Counted from the first letter of the stretch, positions 48,569-57,224 are shown. The stretch is DNA of 64,000 nt from Bacteroidales bacterium (GCA_017412115.1 JAFPYR010000053.1:62815-126814), one strand, 5' to 3'. Program-made: numbers and translations. Notes: generated by a model not told the origin, from the sequence alone.

Positions 48569-48918
48569 TTTTGATAATGAGTTTTTTAATTTTAATTTTT
48601 TTATAGTGCAAAGTAAACAAAAATTTCTGAGAATACAACAGAAAATTAAAAAAAATATATAAATACAGTTTTTTTGCTATGAAAATCTTGAATTTTATTT
48701 TTGCATTTAGTTTTCTTATTAACTCTTTTTAATCCAATTTCAGCATCAATCCGCAATACCAAAAAATATAGGTTCGATGAAAAAAATTAGAGATTTGATT
48801 TTTGGAAGAAAATAATAGTTAAAACTTTGTAAACGCAAATAAAACAAAAAATTAGAACAAAAACGAATAATTTTTTTATTTTTTTTTATAATTTTGTTTC
48901 AAAATTTTTCAATAGAAA

Positions 48919-50214
48919 ATGACAAAACAAACAATCGCAATAATTACCCTCGGTTGCAGCAAAAACCTTGTGGATTCCGAAGACCTTGCAACAAGGCTTT
49001 TTAACAATTATAATGTTCAGTACGATAACGCAGAAAACGCTGATATTGTGATAATTAACACTTGCGGATTTATCCTTGACGCTCAACAAGAAAGTATTGA
49101 CGAAATACTTTTTTATGCTAAGGAAAAAACCGAAGGCAGAATTTCAAAACTTTTTGTATTCGGCTGTTTGTCAGAACGTTATAAAAAAGAATTGGAAAAA
49201 GAAATACCTGAATGTGATGAGTTTTTCGGCGTTAATTCCTTGGATGAAATTCTTAATAAATTAGAAAGCAACAATCCTGTAAAAGATGTCGCCCGAATAA
49301 TTTCAACACCGAAACACACCGCTTACATAAAAGTTGCCGAAGGTTGCAACAGAATGTGTGCTTTTTGCGTAATTCCTTACATAAGAGGACGTTACGTATC
49401 AAGAAAAATCGAAGATATAGTTTCGGAAGTTAGAAAACTCGCTGAAAACGGCACAAAAGAGTTCAATCTCATCGCCCAAGATTTAAGTTATTACGGTTTT
49501 GACCTTTACGGAAAATACGCACTCCCCGATTTATTGAAACAACTTATTGAAATTGAAGGTGTTAAGTGGATTCGTCTGCATTACACTTATCCGAATAATT
49601 TTCCGTTGGAAGTTTTGAAATTGATGAAAAAAAGCGACAAAATATGCCGCTATTTAGACATTCCGATTCAGCACGTCTCTGACAAGATTTTAACAAAGAT
49701 GAAACGCGGACATTCTAAGGACGAGACTGTTGCATTAATCAAAAAATTCAGAGCAGAAATTCCCGATATTGCACTTAGAACCACGTTGTTAGTCGGTTTT
49801 CCGGGCGAAACGGACAAAGACTTTGCCGAACTTGAAGAGTTTGTAAAAGAGGCTCAATTTGACCGTTTAGGCGTTTTTCAATACTCGCCCGAAGAGGGAA
49901 CTTTTTCCGAGAAAAACTACCGCGACAACGTCTCAAAAAAGAAAAAACAAGAACGAGCCGATAGGATTATGCAAATTCAGCAGAAAATTTCGTTGGATTT
50001 GAATGTCAAAAAAATCGGAAAAGTTTTTGAAGTTTTAATTGACAGACAAGAGGGCGAATATTTTATCGGACGTACTCAATACGATTCGCCGGAGGTAGAT
50101 TGCGAAGTTTTAATAAAAATTTCTGAAGCAAAAGATTTAAAAATCGGAAATTTTTATTCAGTGCAAATCACTGATGCTGAGGAGTTTGACTTATATGGCA
50201 AACCAAATGAATAA
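48919..50214 (+). CDS. rimO: Ribosomal protein S12 methylthiotransferase
   Basis: UPF0004 N-terminus ITLGCSKNLVDSE. Radical-SAM CNRMCAFC. C-terminal TRAM domain. A TAatTTTG box lies about 30 nt upstream. Confidence 0.9.
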   Translation: MTKQTIAIITLGCSKNLVDSEDLATRLFNNYNVQYDNAENADIVIINTCGFILDAQQESIDEILFYAKEKTEGRISKLFVFGCLSERYKKELEKEIPECDEFFGVNSLDEILNKLESNNPVKDVARIISTPKHTAYIKVAEGCNRMCAFCVIPYIRGRYVSRKIEDIVSEVRKLAENGTKEFNLIAQDLSYYGFDLYGKYALPDLLKQLIEIEGVKWIRLHYTYPNNFPLEVLKLMKKSDKICRYLDIPIQHVSDKILTKMKRGHSKDETVALIKKFRAEIPDIALRTTLLVGFPGETDKDFAELEEFVKEAQFDRLGVFQYSPEEGTFSEKNYRDNVSKKKKQERADRIMQIQQKISLDLNVKKIGKVFEVLIDRQEGEYFIGRTQYDSPEVDCEVLIKISEAKDLKIGNFYSVQITDAEEFDLYGKPNE

Positions 50215-50233
50215 AAATGAACAAAATGAACGG
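50214..50233 (+). promoter_or_regulatory. Operator-like box AAAATGAACAAAATGAACGG (direct ATGAAC hexamers, 9-bp register), copy 1
   Basis: Identical 20-mer to 50478..50497. It sits about 24 nt upstream of a TAtcTTTG -7 box (50257-50264). Confidence 0.5.
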
Positions 50234-50256
50234 TGCATTTTTCGAGAAAATCGCTT

Positions 50257-50448
50257 TATCTTTGTATCAGCAATAACAGAAAAATGCAATCATTCAAACT
50301 ATTAATGGATTAAATAGTGAAACATTAAATTTTTTTTTCATTTGCAAGTCTTTTTATAATCAGTTTTTGTAAAATGCAAATGCAACCGTTTAATCAAATT
50401 AGAGACGAAGCCTCAGAATCCGAAAAGGTTCTGAGGTTTTTTATTTTT
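50257..50448 (+). ncRNA. Candidate small RNA A (promoter -7 box to intrinsic terminator)
   Basis: TAtcTTTG at 50257-50264. A 33-nt core at 50335-50367 is identical to 50650-50682. The terminator is cctcagaa / ttctgagg + T6 (50411-50442). No ORF of meaningful length is present. Confidence 0.4.
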
Positions 50449-50477
50449 AGAAAAATTCATTTTTTTTCACAAAAATT

Positions 50478-50497
50478 AAAATGAACAAAATGAACGG
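50478..50497 (+). promoter_or_regulatory. Operator-like box AAAATGAACAAAATGAACGG, copy 2
   Basis: Identical to 50214..50233. It sits about 23 nt upstream of a TAccTTTG -7 box (50520-50527). Confidence 0.5.
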
Positions 50498-50519
50498 AAC
50501 ATATTTGAAAAAAACTCCA

Positions 50520-50761
50520 TACCTTTGTAATGTGAAAATCAAAGATGCTTTGGTTTACACGCAGTACTTAAAATTGAACTAAAATACTTGAACTTATAAT
50601 TGATTTAATTGTTTTATTTGTTTTTTATTATTTTATTTTTACATTAATATTTTCATTTGCAAGTCTTTTTATAATCAGTTTTAGTACAAGTAATAACCTT
50701 TATCATATTTTACTCAATAAAAGCTCTTCGGAAGTTTCTTCCGAAGAGTTCTTTTTTTTTA
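50520..50761 (+). ncRNA. Candidate small RNA B (paralog of A)
   Basis: TAccTTTG at 50520-50527. The 33-nt conserved core is at 50650-50682. The terminator is ctcttcggaag / cttccgaagag plus a long T-run (50724-50761), which also abuts the stop of the convergent rluA-family gene. Confidence 0.4.
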
Positions 50762-51436
50762 TTTTAAATCTCCTTCAAAAAATTTCCAAAGTTTATCATT
50801 AGGAACTTCAGCCGTTACGGAGATTTCTTTTTTGCTGACGGGATGAATAAATTCCACTTTTCGTGCGTGCAGTGAAAGTCCACCGTCGGGATTTGAACGC
50901 GGATAACCGTATTTCAAATCGCCTTTTACGGGGCATCCGATATTTGCTAACTGACAACGTATCTGGTGATGACGGCCTGTCAAAAGGTTGATTTCCCAAA
51001 GATAATAACGGTCGGAAACCGAAAGAATTTTATAATTCAAAATTGCTTTTTTGGCTTCCTTGTCCGTTTCTTTGGCGATAAAACTTTTGTTTAGTTTTTC
51101 GTTTTTCTTTAAGAAATTCTCGAGAGTGCCTTCGTCTTCTTTCGGACGGTTAGAGGTGATTGCCCAATAAGTTTTGTGAATTCCACCATCGCGAAACATT
51201 GCATTGAGCCTTGACAAAGCCTTACTTGTCCGCGCAAAAATCACAATACCTGAGGTCGGACGGTCTAAACGGTGGGTTAAACCTAAAAAAACTTCACCGG
51301 GTTTATTGTACTTTTCTTTAATGTACTTTTTAACCTTGTCGATAAGGGTTTGATCGCCCGTTTTATCGCCCTGAACTATCTCATTCACGGTTTTCGAGAC
51401 GATTATAATATGATTGTCTTCGTAAATTACTTGCAT
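50759..51436 (-). CDS. RluA-family RNA pseudouridine synthase (no S4 domain)
   Basis: HRLDRPTSG catalytic Asp motif and GRHHQIRCQL motif. Confidence 0.85.
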   Translation of the reverse strand: MQVIYEDNHIIIVSKTVNEIVQGDKTGDQTLIDKVKKYIKEKYNKPGEVFLGLTHRLDRPTSGIVIFARTSKALSRLNAMFRDGGIHKTYWAITSNRPKEDEGTLENFLKKNEKLNKSFIAKETDKEAKKAILNYKILSVSDRYYLWEINLLTGRHHQIRCQLANIGCPVKGDLKYGYPRSNPDGGLSLHARKVEFIHPVSKKEISVTAEVPNDKLWKFFEGDLK

Positions 51437-51483
51437 TTTGTTTTATAATTATCAAACAAAAGTAGAACATTTTTTTGAAACAG

Positions 51484-51532
51484 TAAAACAAAAACTCGCC
51501 AAATCTGTGATTTTTTTATCAGATTTGGCGAG
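51484..51532 (-). terminator. Rho-independent terminator after the MCP gene
   Basis: Perfect 13-nt stem ctcgccaaatctg / cagatttggcgag with a T-rich run on the minus strand. Confidence 0.7.
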
Positions 51533-51566
51533 TTCTAATAAAATTTTAAGCAATTAAATCTCTCAA

Positions 51567-53066
51567 CTAATCATCATGTTTGAAATAATCCAATATGTAT
51601 AACAAGTTGTCAGACTGCTGTTTAAGTTTATCAGAATTGGCTGCAACCTCTTCTGAAATCGAAGCGAAATGCTGTGTCGTGGTATTAAACCTCTGAACTG
51701 CCGTATTAATTTGGTCGCTGCCTGAGGCCTGCTCCTGACACGCCGCCGCAATTTCCTGAACCAAAGTCGTAGTACGTTGCATTTTAGGCAAAGCCTTTGC
51801 AAAAGCATCTCCGGTTTGAATTGCAACGGATTGACCGCCAGAACTTACAGAATCAATTTCTTTTGCTGCTAATGCACATCTCTCAGCAAGTTTTCTAACC
51901 TCAGCTGCAACAACGGCGAAACCCTTACCGTGTTCACCGGCGCGTGCAGCTTCAACGGCAGCGTTAAGTGCCAAAATATTCGTTTGAAATGCAATTTCGT
52001 CAATAATGCTAATTTTTTCTGCAATATCACGCATTGCCTTTGTAGATTTTTCAGCAGTAACACTATACGCTTGAATTGTCTGAGATGTTTCAACGGCAAT
52101 TTTTTGAGTCTCTTTGGCGTTATCGGAATTTTGCTGAATCGACGATGACATTTCCTCAATCGAAGAGCTGACTTCTTCGGCAGAGGCAGCCTGATCGTTT
52201 GCGGAATTACTCATTTGCTGACTTGCCCGATTCATCTCGGCACTTGTATCGGCAATCTCTGCCGCACAATTTTTAACCGAACTTACAATATTTCTCAAAT
52301 TATCAACAAGATCGGCTACGGCATTGTTGAGTACTGCAATTTCATCTTTATTATCCGAACGCATCGCTTTAATAGTCAAATCACCTTTGGCAAGATTAAC
52401 CGCATTTTTGATACCGGCTTTCAGCGGAATAACAGAACGCTTTCTAAAATCCCGAGACGCCATCAAATACATCAAAACGGAAATTAAAACGCCTATTATA
52501 ATTGTTATCAGACATGATTCCGTATTTTTAGCGAGAGCCTTCGAGGTGTTTTTAATAACTCCTGCCGCAGAGGTCTGAAGTGTTGCCGCCGAAACAGAAA
52601 TTTTTTCACGCAAAGCCGCTAATTCGGAAATATTACTTTCTCCGTTTGCCTGCAAATTAGCATTAACAATGGATAAAAACCTTTCAAACCCCTCCTTACA
52701 AGTTTTATAATCGGTTTGAATGGCCTCTTCCATATCACTGCCAATAAACTCAGATAAAGCATCTAATTTTGTCTGAGCCTTACGACAATTTTCCGAAGCG
52801 GCATTACGGTTTTCAATTTGTCTTGTCTGAGCATACAGTGTAATGTGTTTGTTTGCAGCATTAACGTCAATAACCATAGCGTCAGCCGTCTGCATGACAT
52901 CAACATATTTGTCGGTGAGTTTGTTGGCAAAATCGTCGGCACTTTTTACTTTTACTAATACAATTAAAAGTGTAATCAAAAGCGGAAGCGACACCACCAA
53001 AACTCCCAATGAAACGTTAAACGACAAAGATGCATTTCGTAATTGTTTGTCTAAAATAAAAGCCAT
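51567..53066 (-). CDS. Methyl-accepting chemotaxis protein (TM, 4HB-like sensor, TM, HAMP, short MCP signalling domain)
   Basis: The highly conserved hairpin-tip sequence [39 protein letters not shown] is present. There are two TM helices. No che genes are in the window. Confidence 0.9.
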   Translation of the reverse strand: MAFILDKQLRNASLSFNVSLGVLVVSLPLLITLLIVLVKVKSADDFANKLTDKYVDVMQTADAMVIDVNAANKHITLYAQTRQIENRNAASENCRKAQTKLDALSEFIGSDMEEAIQTDYKTCKEGFERFLSIVNANLQANGESNISELAALREKISVSAATLQTSAAGVIKNTSKALAKNTESCLITIIIGVLISVLMYLMASRDFRKRSVIPLKAGIKNAVNLAKGDLTIKAMRSDNKDEIAVLNNAVADLVDNLRNIVSSVKNCAAEIADTSAEMNRASQQMSNSANDQAASAEEVSSSIEEMSSSIQQNSDNAKETQKIAVETSQTIQAYSVTAEKSTKAMRDIAEKISIIDEIAFQTNILALNAAVEAARAGEHGKGFAVVAAEVRKLAERCALAAKEIDSVSSGGQSVAIQTGDAFAKALPKMQRTTTLVQEIAAACQEQASGSDQINTAVQRFNTTTQHFASISEEVAANSDKLKQQSDNLLYILDYFKHDD

Positions 53067-53134
53067 ATTTATTTTTTTTAGTGTTGTTATGTAGTAATTT
53101 ACAAAAATTACACCATTTTTCCCTGCCGAAAAAA

Positions 53135-53761
53135 TTATAACAGACTTTCAATCGCTTTTTCAATTACTTTTATATCCTCGGTAGGTTCAAAACGCTCCAA
53201 GACATTGCCATCTCGGTCAATGAGAAATTTAGTAAAATTCCATTTTATATCGGGATTTTTATCATAATTCGGGTCAGCTTTAGAAAGCATATCAATAAGG
53301 ATTTTTCCGATTTGGTGATTGGGGTCAAAACCCTTGAAACCTTTCTTAGATTTCAAATATGCAAACAGCGGCGACTGCGCCTCTCCGTTAACATCTATCT
53401 TCTTGAACTGCGGGAATTTAGTAGCATAATTCAATTGACAGAATTGATGAATTTCTTCTTCCGTGCCGGGTGCTTGTTGTCCGAACTGATTACACGGAAA
53501 ATCAAGAATTTCAAGCCCTTTTGCGGAGTCCTTCTCATAAAGAGCTTCAAGTTCGGTGTACTGCGGGGTAAATCCGCAACGTGTGGCAGTGTTGACAATC
53601 AACAAAACCTTTCCTTTGTAGTCCGCAAGGCTGACATCATTACCTTTGCGGTCTTTGACTGAAAATTTATATATTTCCATATCTTGAGAATTTTTACAGG
53701 CACCAAGTGCCATTATTAATAAAAAGGTTAATGTAAATATTCTATTGCGCATATTTTTCAT
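53135..53761 (-). CDS. gpx: Glutathione peroxidase family protein with signal/lipoprotein N-terminus (Cys-type, not Sec)
   Basis: [24 protein letters not shown] and [12 protein letters not shown] motifs. Lipobox LGAC. Confidence 0.88.
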   Translation of the reverse strand: MKNMRNRIFTLTFLLIMALGACKNSQDMEIYKFSVKDRKGNDVSLADYKGKVLLIVNTATRCGFTPQYTELEALYEKDSAKGLEILDFPCNQFGQQAPGTEEEIHQFCQLNYATKFPQFKKIDVNGEAQSPLFAYLKSKKGFKGFDPNHQIGKILIDMLSKADPNYDKNPDIKWNFTKFLIDRDGNVLERFEPTEDIKVIEKAIESLL

Positions 53762-53876
53762 AACGTGTTATTTTTCGGGGGCAAGGTATGGAAAAAAAAT
53801 ATAATATGCAACTTTTTACGTTTTTTTTAGAAAAAAATTTGTTTGTTACCAAAAAGTAATATAAATATTTTGGATT

Positions 53877-54080
53877 ATGATTAAGGACAGAGACAATACA
53901 GAAAGGCGAATCCTTGACGCTGTGGGCAAGATTGTGGAGCGTGAAGGGTTTGAAGCGGTGGGCATCAACGCCGTTGCCGCTGAGTCGGGCGTCTCGAAAA
54001 TACTTATATTCTTCAAACCGCTGCCCGTCATTATGGCTACAATTCCAATTATATCTACAATGACGGCAAAATCGTTGTAA
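53877..54080 (+). pseudogene. TetR/AcrR-family regulator, N-terminal HTH fragment only (about 43 aa of authentic sequence)
   Basis: RILDAVGKIVEREGFEAVGINAVAAESGVSKILI is a TetR HTH. After about 54005 the sequence is no longer TetR-like and stops at 54078-54080. Confidence 0.65.
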
Positions 54081-54787
54081 CTCTCATAAAACAAGAAGTT
54101 TATAATGACGACCCGCTATTTGAAGCAATCAAAAAGCGGCACACTCACCGCGGCAATTTTACGGGCGAAAAAATCCCCGCAAACCTCCTGCAAAACATTT
54201 CTACAACTTTTTTGCAAGATGTTAATAATGAAAATAATGCATCGATGATGCTTTATGACTCTGAGAGCCGCGAATCCAAAATCATCAAGCAAAAAATCAC
54301 CAATGGCAACGAAATCCAAATGTCTGACACAGCGTTTAGACGCGAACTCATTTCGTGGATGCGTTTCAATAAAAAACAAGTCAATAAAACGCACAACGGT
54401 TTGTGTTACAATGTTTTGGGATTTCCTGCGACGCCCAAGCCCATCGGCAGAAAGATTGTCGGAATGTTCCTCAATCCCAAAGCCCAAAACAAGACCGACA
54501 ACGCCGTCAATGCCTCCGCCTCGCATTTCTGTGTGTTTTGCGTCAAGGAAAACAACGTCCAAAATTGGATTGACCTCGGAGTATTTTTGGAGCGTTTTCT
54601 CCTGAAAATCACTTCGGAAGGCATCGCATATAGTTTCAGCAATCAGCCCTGCGAAATCCCGTCGTTGAAAGAAAATCTTCAACAAGAACTTGCGGTAAGT
54701 CATTATCCGTCAGTGATTATCCGTTTAGGTTACGGCAAAGAGCCGAAAAATTTTGCGCCGAGGGAAGAGGTGATGGTCCACAACTAA
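53984..54787 (+). pseudogene. Nitroreductase-like (two-domain Acg/FMN-binding type) gene lacking its 5' part and lacking an ATG at the head of the open frame
   Basis: The frame is open from 53984. ...LFEAIKKRHTHRGNFTGEKIP is the nitroreductase R(H/S)TxR motif of a second half-domain. The first in-frame ATG is at 54245. The 5' end overlaps the TetR fragment in another frame. Confidence 0.5.
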
Positions 54788-54827
54788 AAAATCTGCAAAA
54801 AGTTACTAAAAATCCCTTGTTTTTGCT

Positions 54828-54872
54828 GCAAAAAGTTACTAAATTTGCGTCGTAAACACTGCAAAAAGTTAC
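54828..54872 (+). promoter_or_regulatory. 45-bp promoter/5'-UTR cassette, copy 1 (contains the TAaaTTTG -7 box at 54840-54847); an extra partial copy lies at 54793-54813
   Basis: gcaaaaagttactaaatttgcGtcgtaaacactgcaaaaagttac ends 4 nt before the ATPase ATG. It is 44/45 identical to 56198..56242. Confidence 0.8.
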
Positions 54873-54876
54873 TACG

Positions 54877-56178
54877 ATGATATTTAAACGAAAGATATTC
54901 AGCGAGATAGAGCGATGGAATAAGAATAGCCACAAAGAGGCATTGTTAATTAAAGGTGCGCGACAGGTTGGCAAAACCACTGCGGTGCGTGAATATGCAC
55001 GTGCCAATTACGATAATTTCGTGGAAATTAACTTTGAACAGACGCCTGAGGCTAAACAGGCTTTTGCCGGAAGCCGCGACGCCAACACCGTCATACAACG
55101 ACTCAGCCTTATGGGTTATGGACCTTTTGTGCCGGGCAAAACTCTCGTTTTCTTCGACGAAATCCAAAGTTGCCCCGATGCACGCACCTCAATTAAATTT
55201 TTGGCTGAGGACGGACGGTTTCAATACATTGAATCGGGTTCTTTGTTGGGCATCAATTACAATGATGTTAGTAGTTATCCTGTTGGATTTGAAAGCCAAA
55301 TAGAAATGTTCCCGCTTGATTTTGAGGAGTTTCTGTGGGCAAAAGGTGTTGGTGAGGATACGATTGATAATCTAAGGCGCACATTGTTGGAACTTAGGCG
55401 TGTGGATGATTTTACACACGAAATCATGATGAAACATTATAGAGAGTACCTTGTTGTGGGCGGAATGCCAAAAGTTGTGTCCACTTTCTTGACTAACAGC
55501 GACTTCAACGAAACTCTTCGTCAGCAAAAAATCATTACGGACAGTTACCGCCTTGATATTGCAAAATACGCCGACGCACAGAAGACAAGAGCAAAACGTT
55601 TTTTCGACGCGATTCCGTCGCAACTCGCCAAAGAGCGTAAACGGTTCATTCTCTCCGACTTGGAGGCAAGTGGCAGTATGCAAAAATACGAGAATTCGGC
55701 ACAATGGCTCGCTGATGCAGGTGTTGCATATTTTAGTTTCAACACTCATTCGTTGCAAATGCCGTTTGAACAATACGAAAACCGTAACTTGTTTAAAGTC
55801 TATCTGTTGGATACGGGATTGCTGTGTTCACTTTGGAGCGGAAAAATTCAATGGGAAGTGATGCAGGGCGACATTGCTGTCAACGAAGGCGCATTAACAG
55901 AAAATTTTGTTGCCGCAGAACTCGTAAGACACGGTCATTCTCTCCATTATTACGACCACAAAAGCCGCAACGAACTTGACTTCCTCATCCGTGAAAAACG
56001 GTTTGTGACAATTTTGGAAATCAAGTCGGGCAGTGATTACAAAAAACACGCCTCCCTCAACAATGTTTTGGAATCATCTTCCGACAGTATCGAGCGTAGC
56101 ATCGTCCTCTGCCGTGGCAATGTAGAAAAACGCGGCGAAATTTTATATTTGCCGTTGTATGCAGCCGGTTTTTTGTAG
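54877..56178 (+). CDS. AAA_14-type ATPase with a C-terminal DUF4143 (restriction-endonuclease-like) domain
   Basis: Walker A GARQVGKTT. Walker B LVFFDEIQ. The C-terminal ELDFLI...ILEIKSG is a PD-(D/E)xK-like motif. Confidence 0.8.
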   Translation: MIFKRKIFSEIERWNKNSHKEALLIKGARQVGKTTAVREYARANYDNFVEINFEQTPEAKQAFAGSRDANTVIQRLSLMGYGPFVPGKTLVFFDEIQSCPDARTSIKFLAEDGRFQYIESGSLLGINYNDVSSYPVGFESQIEMFPLDFEEFLWAKGVGEDTIDNLRRTLLELRRVDDFTHEIMMKHYREYLVVGGMPKVVSTFLTNSDFNETLRQQKIITDSYRLDIAKYADAQKTRAKRFFDAIPSQLAKERKRFILSDLEASGSMQKYENSAQWLADAGVAYFSFNTHSLQMPFEQYENRNLFKVYLLDTGLLCSLWSGKIQWEVMQGDIAVNEGALTENFVAAELVRHGHSLHYYDHKSRNELDFLIREKRFVTILEIKSGSDYKKHASLNNVLESSSDSIERSIVLCRGNVEKRGEILYLPLYAAGFL

Positions 56179-56197
56179 AAAGATGATTGCATTTTTC

Positions 56198-56242
56198 GCA
56201 AAAAGTTACTAAATTTGCATCGTAAACACTGCAAAAAGTTAC
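56198..56242 (+). promoter_or_regulatory. 45-bp promoter/5'-UTR cassette, copy 2 (TAaaTTTG at 56210-56217)
   Basis: gcaaaaagttactaaatttgcAtcgtaaacactgcaaaaagttac ends 4 nt before the NADAR-gene ATG. Confidence 0.8.
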
Positions 56243-56246
56243 GATT

Positions 56247-57224
56247 ATGAATACAGTAATCTTGTTTTGGAATCCTGAAATTTCGAGTTTTAAATACGAC
56301 GATTTAGGATATGCCATTAAGAATATAAACAACGAGACCTTCAATTGGAGTGTCTGGGAGCACGAAAAGGCAAAGAAAGGCGATAATTTCTTCCTCGTGA
56401 AGTGCGGTGGGGAAACAAACAATGGAATCTGCATGAGCGGACATTTTGTTTCCGACCCGTACCTCGGCGAAGATTGGTCAGGCAAGGGGCGCAAGGTCTA
56501 TTACATGAATATGAAAATTGACGTTGCCATCAATCCCAAATATTTCCCCGTCCTAAAGACGGAAGAATTGCAGAAAGTGTTTCCGGATTTTGATTGGACG
56601 GGCGGACATTCGGGACGTATATTGCCGAAAATTTACACGCCGCAGAGCATTTGGAAGCAGTTTCTTGAAAACAACTTGGGTATTTTTGTGCAACAATCAT
56701 ATCTTGATCCCTCAATATTCAAAAAATACACCCGCGAGGATTTTATATTTTTTTGGCACGAGTATCCGCACGACCCTGTTCAGAAAACTTGCCTAAGCCA
56801 ATGGTATGCCTGCAATTTTTGCGTTTCGGGCATAGAGTATTTCACAACCGAGCAATATATGATGGCCTCGAAAGCATTGCTATTCAAGGATTTGGATGTT
56901 TATCAAAAGATATTTCAAGCCAAAACACCCAAAGAGTTCAAGAATTTGGGCAAACTTGTGAAAAATTATGACGATTCCGTTTGGAATCTGCACAAGGACC
57001 GCATTGTCATCGAAGGCAATTATGCTAAATTTTCTCAAAATCCCGAATTGAAAAACTTTTTGCTCTCCACAGGCAACAAGATTTTGGCTGAAGCAAGTCC
57101 CATTGACACTATTTGGGGCATCGGGCTTGAAGAATCCGACGACCGCGTCCTCGACCCTGCGCAATGGCAAGGCGAAAATCATCTCGGCTTTGCACTTATG
57201 AAAGTAAGGGATATGTTGAGATAA
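56247..57224 (+). CDS. Two-domain protein: an uncharacterised N-terminal ~165-aa domain (possibly PUA/EVE-like) fused to a NADAR (YbiA/DUF1768) domain
   Basis: The C-terminal half, FFWHEY...LSQWY...FTTEQYMMASKALLF...NLHKDRIVIEGNYAKFSQNPELKNFLLSTGNKILAEASPIDTIWGIGL, fits NADAR. The N-terminal half, ILFWNPEISS...NWSVWEHEKAKKGDNFFLVKCG...EDWSGKGRKVYYM...FDWTGGHSGRIL, resembles a domain I recall fused to HNH nucleases. That assignment is unverified. Confidence 0.7.
   Translation: MNTVILFWNPEISSFKYDDLGYAIKNINNETFNWSVWEHEKAKKGDNFFLVKCGGETNNGICMSGHFVSDPYLGEDWSGKGRKVYYMNMKIDVAINPKYFPVLKTEELQKVFPDFDWTGGHSGRILPKIYTPQSIWKQFLENNLGIFVQQSYLDPSIFKKYTREDFIFFWHEYPHDPVQKTCLSQWYACNFCVSGIEYFTTEQYMMASKALLFKDLDVYQKIFQAKTPKEFKNLGKLVKNYDDSVWNLHKDRIVIEGNYAKFSQNPELKNFLLSTGNKILAEASPIDTIWGIGLEESDDRVLDPAQWQGENHLGFALMKVRDMLR

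Noticed and set aside
48569-48918. 350-nt intergenic region between the VOC gene and rimO, with tiny ORFs (17 aa at 48680-48733, 11 aa at 48778-48813)
   Set aside because: I found no conserved structure, repeat or terminator. The tiny ORFs have no support. Divergent promoters (TAatTTTG for rimO) plausibly account for the space.
50216-50579. Two small ORFs starting MNKMNG… (19 aa at about 50216-50275 and 33 aa at about 50480-50581) created by the conserved 20-nt box
   Set aside because: Conservation stops right after codon 6 and the predicted -7 promoter boxes lie inside the ORFs, so a DNA-level operator or promoter function explains the repeat better. Small-peptide coding cannot be fully excluded without Ribo-seq.
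53135-53761. Possible selenocysteine (in-frame TGA) in the glutathione peroxidase
   Set aside because: The active-site residue is encoded as Cys (…ATRCGFT…). There is no in-frame TGA and no SECIS-like hairpin.
54116-54703. 195-aa minus-strand ORF opposite the nitroreductase-like remnant
   Set aside because: The plus-strand frame carries clear nitroreductase-family motifs. The minus-strand product has none and looks like the typical shadow ORF of GC-richer DNA.
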